Shown here: in pieces, positions 13,545 to 27,104 of the stretch
Layout of the letters: every line of letters starts with the position of its first letter
Numbering within the stretch: position 1 is the first letter of the stretch
From: Fimbriosthenelais zetlandica
Lineage: Eukaryota
Direction: 5' to 3'
DNA length: 64,000 nucleotides
Assembly: GCA_977030845.1 (NCBI GenBank)
Contig: OZ365118.1
Coordinates: forward strand, 16,740,001 to 16,804,000
The notes under the pieces: generated by a model
The model's input: the letters and a program-made list of their open reading frames with translations, nothing else
Databases searched by the model: none
Told to the model about the DNA's origin: nothing
Position numbers and translations under genes: made by a program

Positions 13545-13617
13545 ATCAGGAGGGTTTCCTTTACCAGACAAACTCTTACTGTGTTGGAGATCATTTTGTG
13601 GGGCTGAGAATTGACAG
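13545..13617 (+). CDS. Candidate internal exon (73 nt), product unknown
   Basis: Acceptor tcttcttcctccacag, donor AG|GTAAGT. Only one frame is open: DQEGFLYQTNSYCVGDHFVGLRID. No family recognised. Confidence 0.3.
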
Positions 13618-14548
13618 GTAAGTTCAGTGTTGAACTCAGTTTGGGCTGGGTTTAGATCTAGTTCATAGAGTAGGCTAGAGTTGTCTGGATGCAGTATATT
13701 GTGATAATGTATGGTTGTTTGTTGTGCAAAGCACTCGTACAGAAAGGTGGGTCAGAGGTCCTTTGTATGCTTAACATAGCATAAACTGATTGGACTTTGC
13801 ATGATAAAGTTGCTTGGTGCATTAGTCCTATATATAAAGAAGTTGCCGAGAGCAGAAATGCCAGGTGAATCACTTGGGATGCGACTCAATCAGACATGGC
13901 TTCTCCTGCTGAAGGAATATGAGATTTGATACTAAGACGAAAGGAAGAAGGATGAGGCTCCCAACAGGAGGGAGTCCCAGCCCACAAGCAAGCATGAATA
14001 AAAAAGAAATAATCCTGTGGTTTCATATGGTCTAGCTGGTCTCACCGCATTTCATGATCCCCACAGAATGAAGTCTGCAAGCTTATAAAGAACAATTAGG
14101 CTCTTCCAAGGAGTCTTTGCAGTTTCTTGGCTGGGTGATAAATCGGCTCTGCTTCTGGTTCTTTCATGGAACAACAATTTATTTATTAAATCATTGAAGG
14201 CCATTCTCTCGGTGAACAGTTCCTTCTTGGGCTAAACAGCAGCTGTTATTGGGAAGTATTCATTTAATGGGCGGTCATCAAAAGAAGCAGGTTTTTAGAG
14301 GGGAGACTAATATCACCCTGGCCCCTGGGACTTGTCATTTTGCCCTCAATGTCACTACCCAGCCTTCCCCCAGCCTTCCTCCAGCCTTGCCAGCCTGCCA
14401 TAAAAGAAGCACCTCATCAAAGATAACCTCATTAAAGGCACACTAATATTTCTCCTTCCCACAGATTATTGATCTGCTCAGGAAAGGGAAAAAATCCCGC
14501 GGGGCAGGATTTGCCGATTCCTCGTGACGATTAGCATGACGGCAGCGG

Positions 14549-14606
14549 AGGCGGGGCTGCATGGTGAGAGTGGCCTTGTAATGCTGTGCTTCCATCAGCC
14601 CCGCCT
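14549..14606. promoter_or_regulatory. Convergent GC boxes forming a 15-bp inverted repeat in a CpG-rich patch
   Basis: AGGCGGGGCTGCATGG (14549-14564) pairs with CCATCAGCCCCGCCT (14592-14606) with one bulged base; 27-nt loop. CpG-rich from about 14490 to 14790. Confidence 0.4.
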
Positions 14607-15327
14607 ATACCGCCAGTTCTCCCGCTTTAAGAGGAGAAATGGAAGAGGAACCACTCAAGTGTAAACAGCCCTGTCCTCTGTCGATAATAAAGAACAAGAG
14701 CCGCCTTTTATTGCTCTGAATCCACATCCATGTTTCCCCAATCATCCGGGCGCGGCACGGCGAAAGATTGATCAGCGAACACAAGATATTTCGCCTCCTT
14801 TTTTATGCTACAATCCAACTTAGGTATAAAATGCCTGTTAACGATTATTGGTTTAGGTGGGATGAGGGGTCTGTATGATGGGGGGACTAATAAATTGCAC
14901 TAAAAACTCCATAAACGGTGCTACAGGTTCGTGCCTTGCTGCTTTAAGGGCGACGAACAGTGGAATATTGTATTGGTGAGTATCAGAGAAGGAAGGCTTC
15001 CCCCTGTGTAGTACTCAATAGATGGCAGAATGAAAACCTTGACTATTTAACACCTGTGACTCTTCATTTACATGTCCTGAGCTGCTTCCAAGAGATGAGA
15101 ACCAATCAAGCTCCTAATCCAAAAGCCGATTATGTTTAAGTTTTCTCTATCTGGGTTTACCAGGCTTCCAGCATAACTAATTAAAGGGACTGAGGCTTAT
15201 GTAGCCTATATTTCTATTTTCTAATTTTCTTATACCTGTAATCCTTTCGGGTTATGGTTCTTTGGGTCAAGGACAGAATTTAACTGGCAATCCGTGACAA
15301 TTCTATAGCAATAAATAATTTACTTAC

Positions 15328-15431
15328 CTCTTTTTCTTGTAGTCTAAGTTGACTAAGTATGTTAGACATTACCCGGAGAAGATAGGTATAGACGATCTTC
15401 AGAGCCAGGCACTGATGGAGGCAGGCATTTT
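15328..15431 (-). CDS. Candidate internal exon (104 nt), product unknown
   Basis: Minus-strand acceptor ctcttattatcttattgtttcag and donor GAG|GTAAGTA. Only one frame is open: ENACLHQCLALKIVYTYLLRVMSNILSQLRLQEKE, ending in phase 0. Confidence 0.45.
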
Positions 15432-18078
15432 CTGAAACAATAAGATAATAAGAGTCATAACAAAATACAACAGGACTATTCATGTTTGGTGATACACCAA
15501 CCTATACAGAATACTTTATGGAGGTTTTGTTACTTCTGTGACGATGGGGAATAGTACCAAACCCAAGACATGCTATCTGTGATGGACACCAGATTGTCAC
15601 GACTTGGAACCCTAGCCATAAATCCTTCTCATCATTGCTTATGGCTTGCACACCCCTCCAGGGGGGATGGTATACGGCAGGTGATTGGGCGATAACCCCA
15701 TAAACACCCTGCATGTGTTCTCCTACCTATTACACGGAGCTTAGAAAGACAATGTGAGGTGAATAGATAAACAGCATGAAAGTAGGACATGTCATGAGAA
15801 GCTCATTGCCTCTGCATATATCACAAGTGCCTCCTTTTCAACAGCTATAAATAGGCCAATTTGCATATTTCTCCTCATTATCACCCGGGGTGTGTCTTTT
15901 CTCATGTGGACGCCGTCTGATTAATAAGGGGTCTACCGCAAGGGTCTAGGAAACCTAATCATGATTTTTCAAGCATGGTTTCGCTTTTGACCCAACGCGG
16001 AAGGGCACCACAGTCATTTTTTTACTGGGTTGCTCGTTTGCCGTTAGCTCGAATGATACATTTTGATAAGGATATGGTTGAACATTCACTTGCTGATTTC
16101 ATAGGGGAAGTCGATGGAAGCTAGGTGGCATTGGCAGAACCATACATCATAATCCAGAACTTCATTAACGTTGATTGATTGGCGGGCAAGCTAAGGTGTT
16201 GTGCATCTCACTTGCTGGGACTGTGTGGTGAGTTGAGTCGATGGTGAATAGAAGCAGGAGCAAAAGGTTAGCAACAAACCATCATTTTGTCCTGTCACCT
16301 ACCGGACACGCCGAGTCAAACCCCCCTATACTCCATCCTCTGAGAGTGCTCTTCTCAGATGACTGAAGACTGACTGTGGAACCATCCAACAGGTCTATGT
16401 ACAGTGTGATCCCTTCAAAAACCGCTTTTTACTTTTGGCTTTCTGTTTCTAGATCCTCAGAACTTGTTGCTGAATGTGTCAGCTGGCTTTCGCATCTAAC
16501 TTCTATTTTGTACTTATAAGTACACCAATAAAGAACACCAATTCATGTAGAATTTAGTGCAGAAATTCCAGGAGGAAATTCTAGTTTTGAGGTACATAAA
16601 AGAGTAGCAAAAAGGAAGGGGGAAAAGGAAGGAAGGAAATGTTGAAAGAGGGGACTAAAAAGGTGCTGGTGTGAATTGAGGTGACCTGAATTTGTCCTGA
16701 CCCATTTAAATGGTCTCCGCGCTTATATGGTCTTTCCACTTCCGGTGAATCTATTTTGTCCCATTTATACAATGCACGGTAATATACTTCCGGAAAAGAA
16801 ATCGAAAATGTAACTCTGGAAGAAGTATAAGTGTGAAGATGCATATAGATTGAGTAAGTGAACTGTATGGGACACGTCACAAACCTACCACTCATGACAT
16901 ACATTATGGTGGCATCAGGTGCAATTGAAAATTAAAAGCTAAAACCCAAAGCCTCCATGTCTGATATCGGTACACAAAGGCAATCAGTCATAATGGCCGT
17001 GTATTGCAGCAGCCATGCCTGCTAAGATTACACTATTCTATGTTGTTATGATTGGTTTGCTGCTTCTAACACCAGTGACCCTCTCATGTGGATATCACAG
17101 GATGTTGGTAACTTTTTTCTTCTGTCTCTTTGCATTACCTCATATCATGGTCTTGCATATTTCAGTGGATGGCTTTATATAAAGAAGTTTTAGTTTCCCA
17201 GGTCTCTCATTGAGAGGATTGATTGATGCCATAATATTATATTCAGTCGCTCAGTCAGACGCGACTTGGTCGCCTCTATAGAATGTATACACGGCTAAAG
17301 CTGATCCTATCAATATAAATGGTGAAATGGCTCAATAGAAACCCTGTCAAAGCCCATTTTTGCCATTCAATTTCTGATATATTAGATTTTCATTTCACTC
17401 GGAAATTTACATAATCTTTACAGTATTGTACTACACTAATATATCTTAATACAAACATAAAGCTTTATAATCATATTAATGTATTTTATATCTGTTGTAA
17501 TGCATTTACCAACTACCTGTTTACATATATATACATGTCCTATACGTGTAATACCCTGGGTCATGGCCATGTAGTGAACACTCCAACACTTGTGTTGCGT
17601 ACATGTAATATTAAAACATGTCATACGGGTTGTCAGGGTAGATTTCCATGTACCTGACAGCAGCAGGAAAACACTAAAATCATGCAGTAATCATTATATG
17701 TGTAAATGCCGTACAATATGAGGTGCAATATGCAATAGGACATTCACCTTTGCAGTTGGACCACCAAATATGGTCTGCATGCTACGAGGCATTCAATGAG
17801 AATATTCTAACTACTGAACATTTGAAACATCTGAAAATATGAAACAATCATAATTATATGGTTATCTCTAGCTGATATCAGACATATATCAGTGTACATT
17901 TCCCAGTTCAAACTTGCTTGTTGTCATACCTAGATAGGCCTGTAAAATTATGGTATCTTTATGTTTTGTTGATTGAGGAAATGTTGTTTGGGGTTGTTAC
18001 TAATAGATGACAGTACTCTGAAATGACAGGAAAAAAGCTGCTCTCAGATATTTAGGGAGGAAGCCTCAACTTCCGGCG

Positions 18079-18135
18079 ATGGCTTCTTGTTATTCACATG
18101 ATAACGAAGACCCAGGGTGTGTAAAATACCTCACG
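18079..18135 (+). CDS. Possible first coding exon (MASCYSHDNEDPGCVKYLT)
   Basis: ETS-like ACTTCCGG at 18069-18076 just before ATGG; 19 open codons, then donor ACG|GTGAGA. No downstream partner exon identified. Confidence 0.2.
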
Positions 18136-18925
18136 GTGAGATTCTACACTTTGTTCTACTTTCACGACAGATGGCGGATGTTCGATGACTTGTTTGTTGG
18201 CTGCCATTTTAAATGGTAAAAGAAAGCCAATGGGAATCTGCCATAGACAGACTCAACATGTCCCTTTTAAGTCCTTTATGAGAGCATACTATCTTAAAGT
18301 TGCCGCAAAGGAGTCATAAAAAATGATCCTCGGAATAAAAAAACAGGAACAAAACCAGGTAAAAAATCAGGAACGTCTTCGGGGAAATAAACATGAGAAC
18401 CCAATAGATCCACACTCTTCCGCCCTTGTTTCCTGCTTGGTTACTTTAGCAGTATCCGTAGGTACTTTTGTATTATGAACAAGTCATTTCTTCATCAAAA
18501 GGAGATGAAAAGTTAAGCAATGGAAGTCAAGTCAAATAATACAGCTCTGCTGTCACTCACGGCTATTCACTGTCTCCAGGCCTTTCTTTTGAAATCCAAC
18601 TTTCCATTTGTTTTACACTAAGAAGCTTGCAATATGTTTCCATTGGCGGAAATCGGAGTGAAGTTCAAATTTTACATAATTTAATTGAATTTATCATATT
18701 AAGGCCTTGAACTTCTCTGAATGCCTATCAAAATATCCCTCGTAATCAGGAAAAATACTAATGGAAATTTGATTTTCACATCAATGAATGTGAAAGCTTT
18801 CATTGGATGTGTAATTTCCATTGGTTTGTAAATGCCTTCAAAAAGTCCAATTACGACGTCATTCATTCACTTCAGTCATTTGGAGCGTAGTGGTCTCCTA
18901 TCTCCATCTTCAGAATGCCTTTATC

Positions 18926-18946
18926 CAACAAGTAGGCTACTTGTTG
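18926..18946. repeat. Perfect inverted repeat, 10-bp arms with 1-nt spacer
   Basis: CAACAAGTAG-G-CTACTTGTTG. Confidence 0.9.
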
Positions 18947-21512
18947 TAAATCTGGAACTTGATATTTTCAATCGTTAACAAATACAATCCACATTAATCA
19001 CAAGTCTATATTAGACCTTCGTGTTGATTAACGTCCAGAAGCCAACCCAACTTTAATAACTTCTCCTCTGTCTTTATTCCCAAGCCAAATTAACGCAAGG
19101 CGAGGCTAATAGACATAGACAATCTAATTCCTCGCCAATTTTGAACCTTATTTTACTTATTTTATCTCCATGCCTGTTAGCATTCCTTGCTAATAGACTC
19201 TGCTCAGACAAAATTGAGCATATGGAAAGCACTCCTAGGGATTAGAGAAAATGAGGGTCTCCGATAGACTTTTCAGAGCATTTCTCATTGTATGTATCTA
19301 CCTCCCTGACCTTCAAGTAGACACAGAGGTAGTCTGGTAGTCTGATGTGTTACAGAACTCTAAAACTTTATTTATACATGTAAATCTAAAAGTTTTCCTT
19401 TACACATTAGGAATTTGATAACCGAGTTTAGAGTGGCTTACAGAGGTTATTCAATTGCCTTGTCGTGTGATGGGCAAAACTACATCCCCCATTATAAACA
19501 TTGTAAGCATCAATGGAGGCCACAAAACACTCCAGTGAATGGTTCGCATCCATTCAAGAGAATCACTTGGAGTTTCAATGCTTAGTTCTGTGAAGTGAGG
19601 AAGAAGTAGTGACTGAAAGATGCTGACCAATGTTACTAGAGGTCACCTGTGTAGATCCCCTTAGCTGGTATGGAAGCGGTCTCATATTTTAATGCCATTA
19701 TAACATATAGCCTGGTTTAGATTCTCTGATAGGTGCCTCCAAATGAATATCTTCTAGTGTTCTTACTCCATCGGAATTGAGACTAACTAATCGTGTGATG
19801 ACTCTTGTATGGGATTTTATTATTAATTGCCACTGATTTTAAAGAAGTCACTGCTTGGAATTATGAGGGAAAAATATATCGAGGAGCCATCGTATCTCAT
19901 TACTGTAAAATGGAAAGATATGGCAGAAGAGAACTTACAAATACATAGGAAAATATCATGCAAGGCCTTGGAGACTTCGCCTCAGCCTCCAGCGTAGAGG
20001 GACCAAGTGATCACGATTCAATTAGAAAGGGTCAGATGGGTGGCAGAGGTCCCAATGAGTCATGCCATATTAGGGGTGTGCTTTTGACAAGGGGGGCCAG
20101 TGGGGAGATGGGTTAAGGGCAGTGAGGGAGAGCTGACCCGACCGGGCAACGAGAAGGGGCCATACCAGAATCTGTCCCTCTTCGCTCTCTGAAGATTTCC
20201 TTGCCTGGATCTCTTGTAGCACTATCGCTTATCCGAAGGAAATCAGATTTAAATGTTGGCCAGTGCATGCCATGGGTTTGCTCTCACCAACATAATTGTC
20301 CTTGTGAGGTCTTATCATGAAAGCAATGGCGAGGATGGCTTGTATCTCAAGGAAACTCAATGATTATAAATCCTAGTTTACAATGTCCCAAAGGAAGATG
20401 CATGGCAGATTATAGACCAAATATTAATTGTGTATAACTATTTCTTGTTCCTGTGAATGTATCTTCCTCAATGAATGGCAATATCCTTCCTGATATGACC
20501 ATATTTCACTCCCAACAACTTTAGGCCATCTTCCTAAATCATCTTCCCATTTGATGGACAAAGTGTGACAAAAATCTCATCACATGCTTCCTAAAAGCAT
20601 GCTTAAGAGGAGTGCATTATATTTCAATGACAAAAACATGTTTTTTATTTGCCCATCGACATGGTGGCCCAAGTCGATTAAAGCCACACCTTTAATATGA
20701 TGAGCCTTGTTTGTTAATGTTCCATATAGTTAATGTCCTTCAGGATAGCCCACTTCAAAGCGACAAGTATACTTTGTTTTTGGCTTACATTGTTTTCTAT
20801 CCATTAGCAAATGCTCCTTCCATAAGGGGGCTTATTTTATCAAAACTATTACTTTCCCTAGTTCATTAAGAGGTCCGGAGAGAAAAAAGTGGGGATATAG
20901 AGACGAGGATACTTGAAAGAAAAGCTCATAACGTACATATGACAAACAAATTGAAAAACCGGTGAGACCTTCATTTTTCTTCACTACGACACTGGATACG
21001 TCCTTGAAATAACCTTGTACTTGAAGGAAAATACTAGAACATGTAGTACAATATCCCTCTTTTGTTTTCAATCTTATAATTCCGAAAACCTCGGGTTGCT
21101 CTCGAGTCGAATTCTCTTGACCTTATTATTTTTAGTTCCTCCAATGGTTTTATGCAAGTCATATCAGTTGAAACCTCTCTGCTTAACTTTGCTTGTTATC
21201 GTGGAAAGCTTAAAAAGAGAGCTTTCTCACTGCGAGGTGAGGAACTTTTGATTGCTGGGAAATGGAGCAGATATCCTTGGTGGTCTGGGGGTGTTACCTA
21301 GCTAATGTAATCAACTCTCCTCCTATATAGGTGTCAGGAACGAAGGAAGGCTGGGAGGAGTGAGGGGGCTCTTCACTTTACCTTGAGAGACGAGGATTAA
21401 TGGTACTATATCGTGACTCCGATCAGGTATAGGTCTAATTAGGGCCCTGCCATGGCTGGCTAGGTGAGCAGGGGTCTGCTTGTCAACAGGTGACACACTA
21501 ACCTCCCTCCAG

Positions 21513-21575
21513 GCTCTTAAACAAGCCCTCAGCAAGGCCCTTTTCCATGGCGGCTAAGGGCCTGATCCAAGGAAT
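21513..21575 (+). CDS. Candidate symmetric exon (63 nt)
   Basis: Branch-point-like CACTAAC, pyrimidine tract ctccctccag, and a weak donor AT|GTAACG. Open frame LLNKPSARPFSMAAKGLIQG. Confidence 0.2.
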
Positions 21576-22710
21576 GTAACGGCTGGCCAATCGCTTATAC
21601 CGTACTATGCCCCGCATTCAGCTCTGAGGGCTTTAGCCCCACAGCGCATAGGTCATTCTCAATCAGGGAGGACATATATAAGACATTCCTCCGGTGGAAG
21701 CCCGGGGAATCCTCCCCCACCTCCATATATTAGATGGCAATCTCAAGTGCAGCTATATATCCCATTTGTAGCCTCTATATAGTTAGATTGCTGGTCACCC
21801 AGATTATTTCCTTCATAGAACGGAAGTGATATTCAATGGCACTTTCTAGATTAGCTCGCCGATAAGGAGAAGTGTTCCATTGAAAGCAATAGTGTTTAAA
21901 GCAAGGGACAGTAACTAACTAGATGAAGCCTATGGATTCATTAATGACTTTTGGAATTTATTCTCAAAGTAATTTGACAATACAAAAACTTATCTATCCA
22001 TCTTAATTAGTCCTGCGAAGTCATTTTAATCAATATAAAACTTTTTATTTTAATATAGTAGACTCATAAGCCATAGACTATAGATATATCTTAAGCTATA
22101 GATTTTTGAAGTTGAAATATAAATTTGCAGCCAAGGGAGCGTTAAGGGAGCCTTTAATATACATTAGCAAGTCAAGGGTACCCAGGGGTTGGCTAGTATT
22201 ATTATATATATTCTCACACATGGCCTCGCCTAATTCCCTAGATCACCACCATAATTCCATCTTCACAATGCACCTGTGTAAGAAGCAAGCCTGGCTAAAT
22301 AGATGAACGTCCGATCCATCAAGGAAAGGAGGCGCAAACACCTAACAATAATGTGATTAGAAAAACTTACCATCTCCCTCTTGCCTGGAAGCTTCTCTCA
22401 GAGCAGCCAAGAGAGAGGCGTAAGGTATAGAACAGATTCAACATACATGATTTAAGCAAGCACCTTTCACAAGCCTATCTGTGAGGCGAGACCAGCTGAC
22501 CTTTCATTACTACCCATAAAGCGATAGAATTACAAAGCTTTATGCTTTTCGACAAACAAGAACCAAACCACATCTTCTGGGGGGAATTTTCCGACTACAC
22601 TCCTTGCCCATGTAATTTGGATGCAGGCCCGGGCGAGAAGGAAAAGTGTTACTTGGGGTCGGGTGGCGTCCAAGTCAGATTTTGCTGAGATCAGCGAAAA
22701 AGATTTCCTG

Positions 22711-23450
22711 GCAACTTTAATGCTGGCATAGTTCTTGTGATACTTCCTTTTGGTTTTAATTTATGACTATAAAGAATCTGATATAGGTCCTTCCATACCA
22801 ATATTACCGATGTCCGGACCGGTCCTGCATGGAACCTCCTCCTAAATAACCAGTGCCAGATCCCCGAATTTGTCAAGATTGCCGTTGAAAAGTGCCTGCC
22901 TTGCCCCGCTGATTTGTTAAGACCACAAGTGCTGATGGGTCAGAGGGAATGCTGCTATCCCCGGGGATTCGCGCCCTTCAATGAAAGGTCTCACACCCTT
23001 GCCCTTTTAGCGCAAGTTCCGGGAATAAATCTCAATACATCAGGTGGAATAGAGCATTGATTCCCCGATTTGTCTGACTTCAGGGTAAAAAGGGATATAT
23101 ATGTAATGCCTGGTATGGAGGTAGGAAGGGTATGACGAGGGTTAGGACGATCCGTCTCTTCCCTCTCTCTTTTTCCCCCATGAAAGAAGGATTTGAGAGA
23201 CAAATAGTGGTATGAGGATATCAAATAGCCCTTTCCTTCTCATCGTTAAACCTAACCAATGATTACAAGGCTTGTATGTCCTCGTTTGGCTCCCCATACA
23301 AGCCCATCTGTCTTGTATGTACTAAGCCCTGGTCGGAGCCGGTGGTTATCTGAAACTAATTCCTACCTCGTCAATACACTATAGTAAGAGGAACCAGAGT
23401 TTGGCATTTCCTAATGTCCTTTCTTGCAACTTTAATGGTGGCATAGTTCT
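22711..23450 (+). repeat. 25-bp direct repeat pair 715 bp apart
   Basis: GCAACTTTAATGCTGGCATAGTTCT (22711-22735) versus GCAACTTTAATGGTGGCATAGTTCT (23426-23450); one mismatch. Confidence 0.85.
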
Positions 23451-25515
23451 AAGCGGTTGGAATGATTATTGAGCTGGGAAGGCTCGGTTTTCTCAGCTCC
23501 GCTTTCCCTGCAAATCATCATTCAGTTTGTGTTCAGGATTGTATGGCGAGTCGGATGAGGCAAATCTACAGTAATGTCTCGCCTGGATCGGTCGCTGATT
23601 GCGAATAAATCAAATGATGGATCACCAGAGATTAAAATCTTTACCCGGGATTTGTTTGCTTTGAGTACAAGTCTATTAATCATTGATCATTGTGTTTGCA
23701 CGCATGGATGATTGAGTGTTAAAATATCGGAATTCTATTGTTGGCCATTGTGGAATACCAAGGTAACATTTTGCCAACAATGAGATGTTTACTACTAAAA
23801 GTGAATAGTGGACAATGAGTATCACATACTAAACTTTTATTGCAATAACTGTGCTGTGCATAATGAAAACAGTTTTTATTACAAGTTTGTGTTCAATAAG
23901 TCTTATGTAATTTACCTTTAACTTTTCACGTCTTCGACAATTATTTCCCGAAATAATAGGGAAATATTGGAAAATCAGGTAATGGTGGGACTTGGTGGAA
24001 TTAACCTTAGGGAATTTGATGAGGGATTTTAGGGGGAAGAGCCTTAAGATTGACACATGGAGGTCAGGGATTTCTTTTTCGTCTGAAAGCTCTTCCCCAT
24101 CAGAAAAATGCTCTGTGATTTACTGCACACATTAACACCCGTTCTGACGTTAAAGAAACTTTCTTTTGTCAGATTTCCTTGATGAAAAAAGTGTCAGATG
24201 GGGCCATGAAGGGTAGGAGGAAATCTTTAAAATTTGGCCATCAGAATGGATCCACGTCTCCATTAATTTTAAATAATGATTAAAACATGACAAGCGTTAA
24301 CTTGTCTTTACCGATATGAAAATGTTTGTAACATTCGGTGTTTTTAGGATCTGATGGCAAATAATTTCCGCCAATAATTCAACTTAAATTAACCATACAT
24401 TTTAATTATCAGGGACAATAATGGTCTATTTCATAACCACCTCTGGTCTTTCAGATGTTCTTTCCGTTATCTGAAGAATTATGAGTAACAAAATTGCTCC
24501 GGCGGTTCAAAGATCATAACACTCTTATTTCCTAGTAGTAATAGTGGTAGTAGTATCGGGAAATGGGACTTTGTCACTGGATAGGGCCTACGTGTCTACA
24601 TACATACTGAGTACAACAGTAGTATAGAAGTGGGGCTCTTCCTCGGGATACAAAGAACATTAGTAGTCAATGGAAAGAGGTCTATTTATGAACGGTGCAA
24701 ATAATCATGCTATCATCGTATCCTAATTAATAGTGCGAGTCAGAAATAGGGTTATGAATCAGTCCTTAGGTTTCATACAAGTAGTAGGCCTTTCATCAGC
24801 GTACAAACTATTTTTTCCCGGTTGTAGGACAAAATGGAATTTTGTTTTTCTGCCCAATCTCAAGAATTTCAATTTGTCAACTATTTAAAGCACTAGTTTT
24901 TGAACTACAAGAGAAAAAAAATCATTCAAAGTATCTCTGTGCACAAGCTTTGTTCGTGGTGCATAACTGGTCTGCTTTGAGTTGCACAGCTTTGAGTTAT
25001 TTCTCTGACAGAATTTCAATTGGCCAGGCTGAACATCTGGGAGAGGGTTGGGTTTTATTTAAGGGCAAAACCTCCCGAGCGAGAACAAATAATGATGCCA
25101 TTTATTTGAGGTGGGCGACTCTACTTTTTTGTAGGCCTTCAACCCTTTTCAGGACTTTTCCCTTTAGGGATTAAACACGTGTTTTCCTGGGATGTGGAAA
25201 ATGACATCAATTAAACTTTCCCCTGGACCGGTGACCAGTGGAACTGGGTGCTCTTCAATATGGATTCTATCCAATAGCAAACATGACATGAGCATTTCAG
25301 TTGTATCAAGGATATGGCTATATTATGCAGCTGAAAAAGTTCAGTGTTCTCTCTTCAGTAAAAGCCATGTTCAAACCAACTCGTCCATGCAAAAGACTCT
25401 TTTAACATTGTGGTAAAAGAGCCAAAGAAATCATTTGCTTACACGAATTAATATTAATGTCAATATTGACAATTACATAGGCTTTCAATAGTCTCATCCC
25501 AGACTTGTCGAGTCT

Positions 25516-25585
25516 AGACAGTTCTATATCAGACAGTTCTATATCAGTCAGTTCTGTGTTAATAGTTCTATATTAACAGTTAACC
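25516..25585 (+). repeat. Degenerate 15-bp tandem repeat (AGACAGTTCTATATC), about 4-5 copies
   Basis: Two exact copies at 25516-25545 followed by decaying copies. Confidence 0.75.
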
Positions 25586-26680
25586 TCCAGGATCATCAGT
25601 GGAAGGTACATCAGTATTCGCAATCATAACTCTCAGTTATAAATTCATGGATAACTTGTACCTAATATGATGTCAGTGATACATGTAATGAATACCAAAT
25701 AGTGCATAATATATTCATAAGTAGTCACTGCTATCTGAAGATAGGTTTTAGTAGCAAGAGAGCCGATGTGTTATCATAGGTTTGGACTACTCAGTGGATG
25801 ACTTGAGGGAATAGTCATCAGTAGGAAGGTGATCAAGGATAGGTAATTCACATGGTCAAGTGATCCTGTAGGGTCAGTTGGATCAAGTCCCCCTAGGTTG
25901 AGGTCCCTCTCCCCTGGACTGATGACTCCAATGATAAACCTTCTGAGTGATTCCCTGGAGATCCATGCTTGCCCCAGAAATCAGCCAGTGTCATTAATAT
26001 CCCGAGTTGGATTAAATGTCCCGGACATAAAAATGTCACTGGGCAGCATTACAACGCCATACCGGCCCCAATATCTATGGGAAGTCTTCTGTTAGTGTCT
26101 TCTACATAAATTGGACCCCACGGGAAACTGTTGAAAGCAGGGAAATGCCTGGTATGTTTGATGGGAGTGAGGTCAAGCATTCCAGCATGTTTGGGGTTCA
26201 TGTATTTGGAGCACATGCATATCAAAGGCGCACGCTGCAATTCATCAACCGGGGGTGAAAATGAAGAAGGATCATCAGTTGATGCAGCAGAAATGGGTGG
26301 TGAATGAATGCGTGACACTGGCGGAGAATGGCCAATGTAAACAGGCTGCCTTTTAATAATAGCACGTCTTTAATGCTGAAAGCTGAGCTTTGGGACATTG
26401 ACTTTATTGGTGATAATTTCCACTTAATGTCCACAATGGCCATGGATGACACATTCCATCGCTCCCACGGTTTATGTCACCCAGTGTCCCGTTTGTATGC
26501 GGTGGCGAGCACGTTCCAATGAGCTACTCTCGCAGAAACAGATAGGGCAGTTCATAAAGTGCACATTTGTGTCCTGCTTGTTTTTACAACATTGTCCATG
26601 TGACCGGCGGGGCATTATTTGTGATTCCTTCGCGCCTGTCCATGATGTATCGGTGGCGGACATGGATGAGCTCAGAGAGC

Positions 26681-26690
26681 GCGCATGCGC
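26681..26690. promoter_or_regulatory. NRF1-type palindrome in a CpG-rich patch
   Basis: GCGCATGCGC exact; local CpG enrichment from about 26600 to 26720. Confidence 0.35.
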
Positions 26691-26969
26691 AGCTTTTTCC
26701 AATTGTCGTCCGTTACAGCTTTATCACTTGATGTGACGGGACTTCTGTCAGGCGATCAGTCCCAGGATGCAGTGGTGTATACCCTACAGCACAGTATATG
26801 GTCCCTGTCTGGGGATCGGGACAGGAGATGGAAGACAGAAGGTTCACTGTCCAAATACATCTCTGATGTCAACGGCTGGAACAGCACTGGGAGGACCTGA
26901 CTAAATCCACTATGTAATCAAAACAGAGACAATGACTGCGAGGTTTAGAGGAAGGAATCGATGGAAGGC

Positions 26970-27104
26970 TTGTTCTCAGCTAATGATGACACACCAGGAT
27001 GGCATCGTGTTGCTAATTATATTCCTCAGCCTATTATCTCTGCATTCCATGACGTGCCGAGCGACAAAGGCCTTGGTTGAAAGCTCCGATTTACCATAGA
27101 CTGC
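26970..27104 (+). mobile_element. Possible very decayed CR1-type RT relic
   Basis: In-frame LFSANDDT...G*KLRFTIDC. The spacing resembles CR1 RT FADDT...W.L.FN..KC, but the residues match poorly. Confidence 0.2.

Noticed and set aside
20400-20560. L1/Tx1-like KWEDDLG segment (minus strand)
   Set aside because: Single short motif; the downstream CCHC region is not convincingly present.
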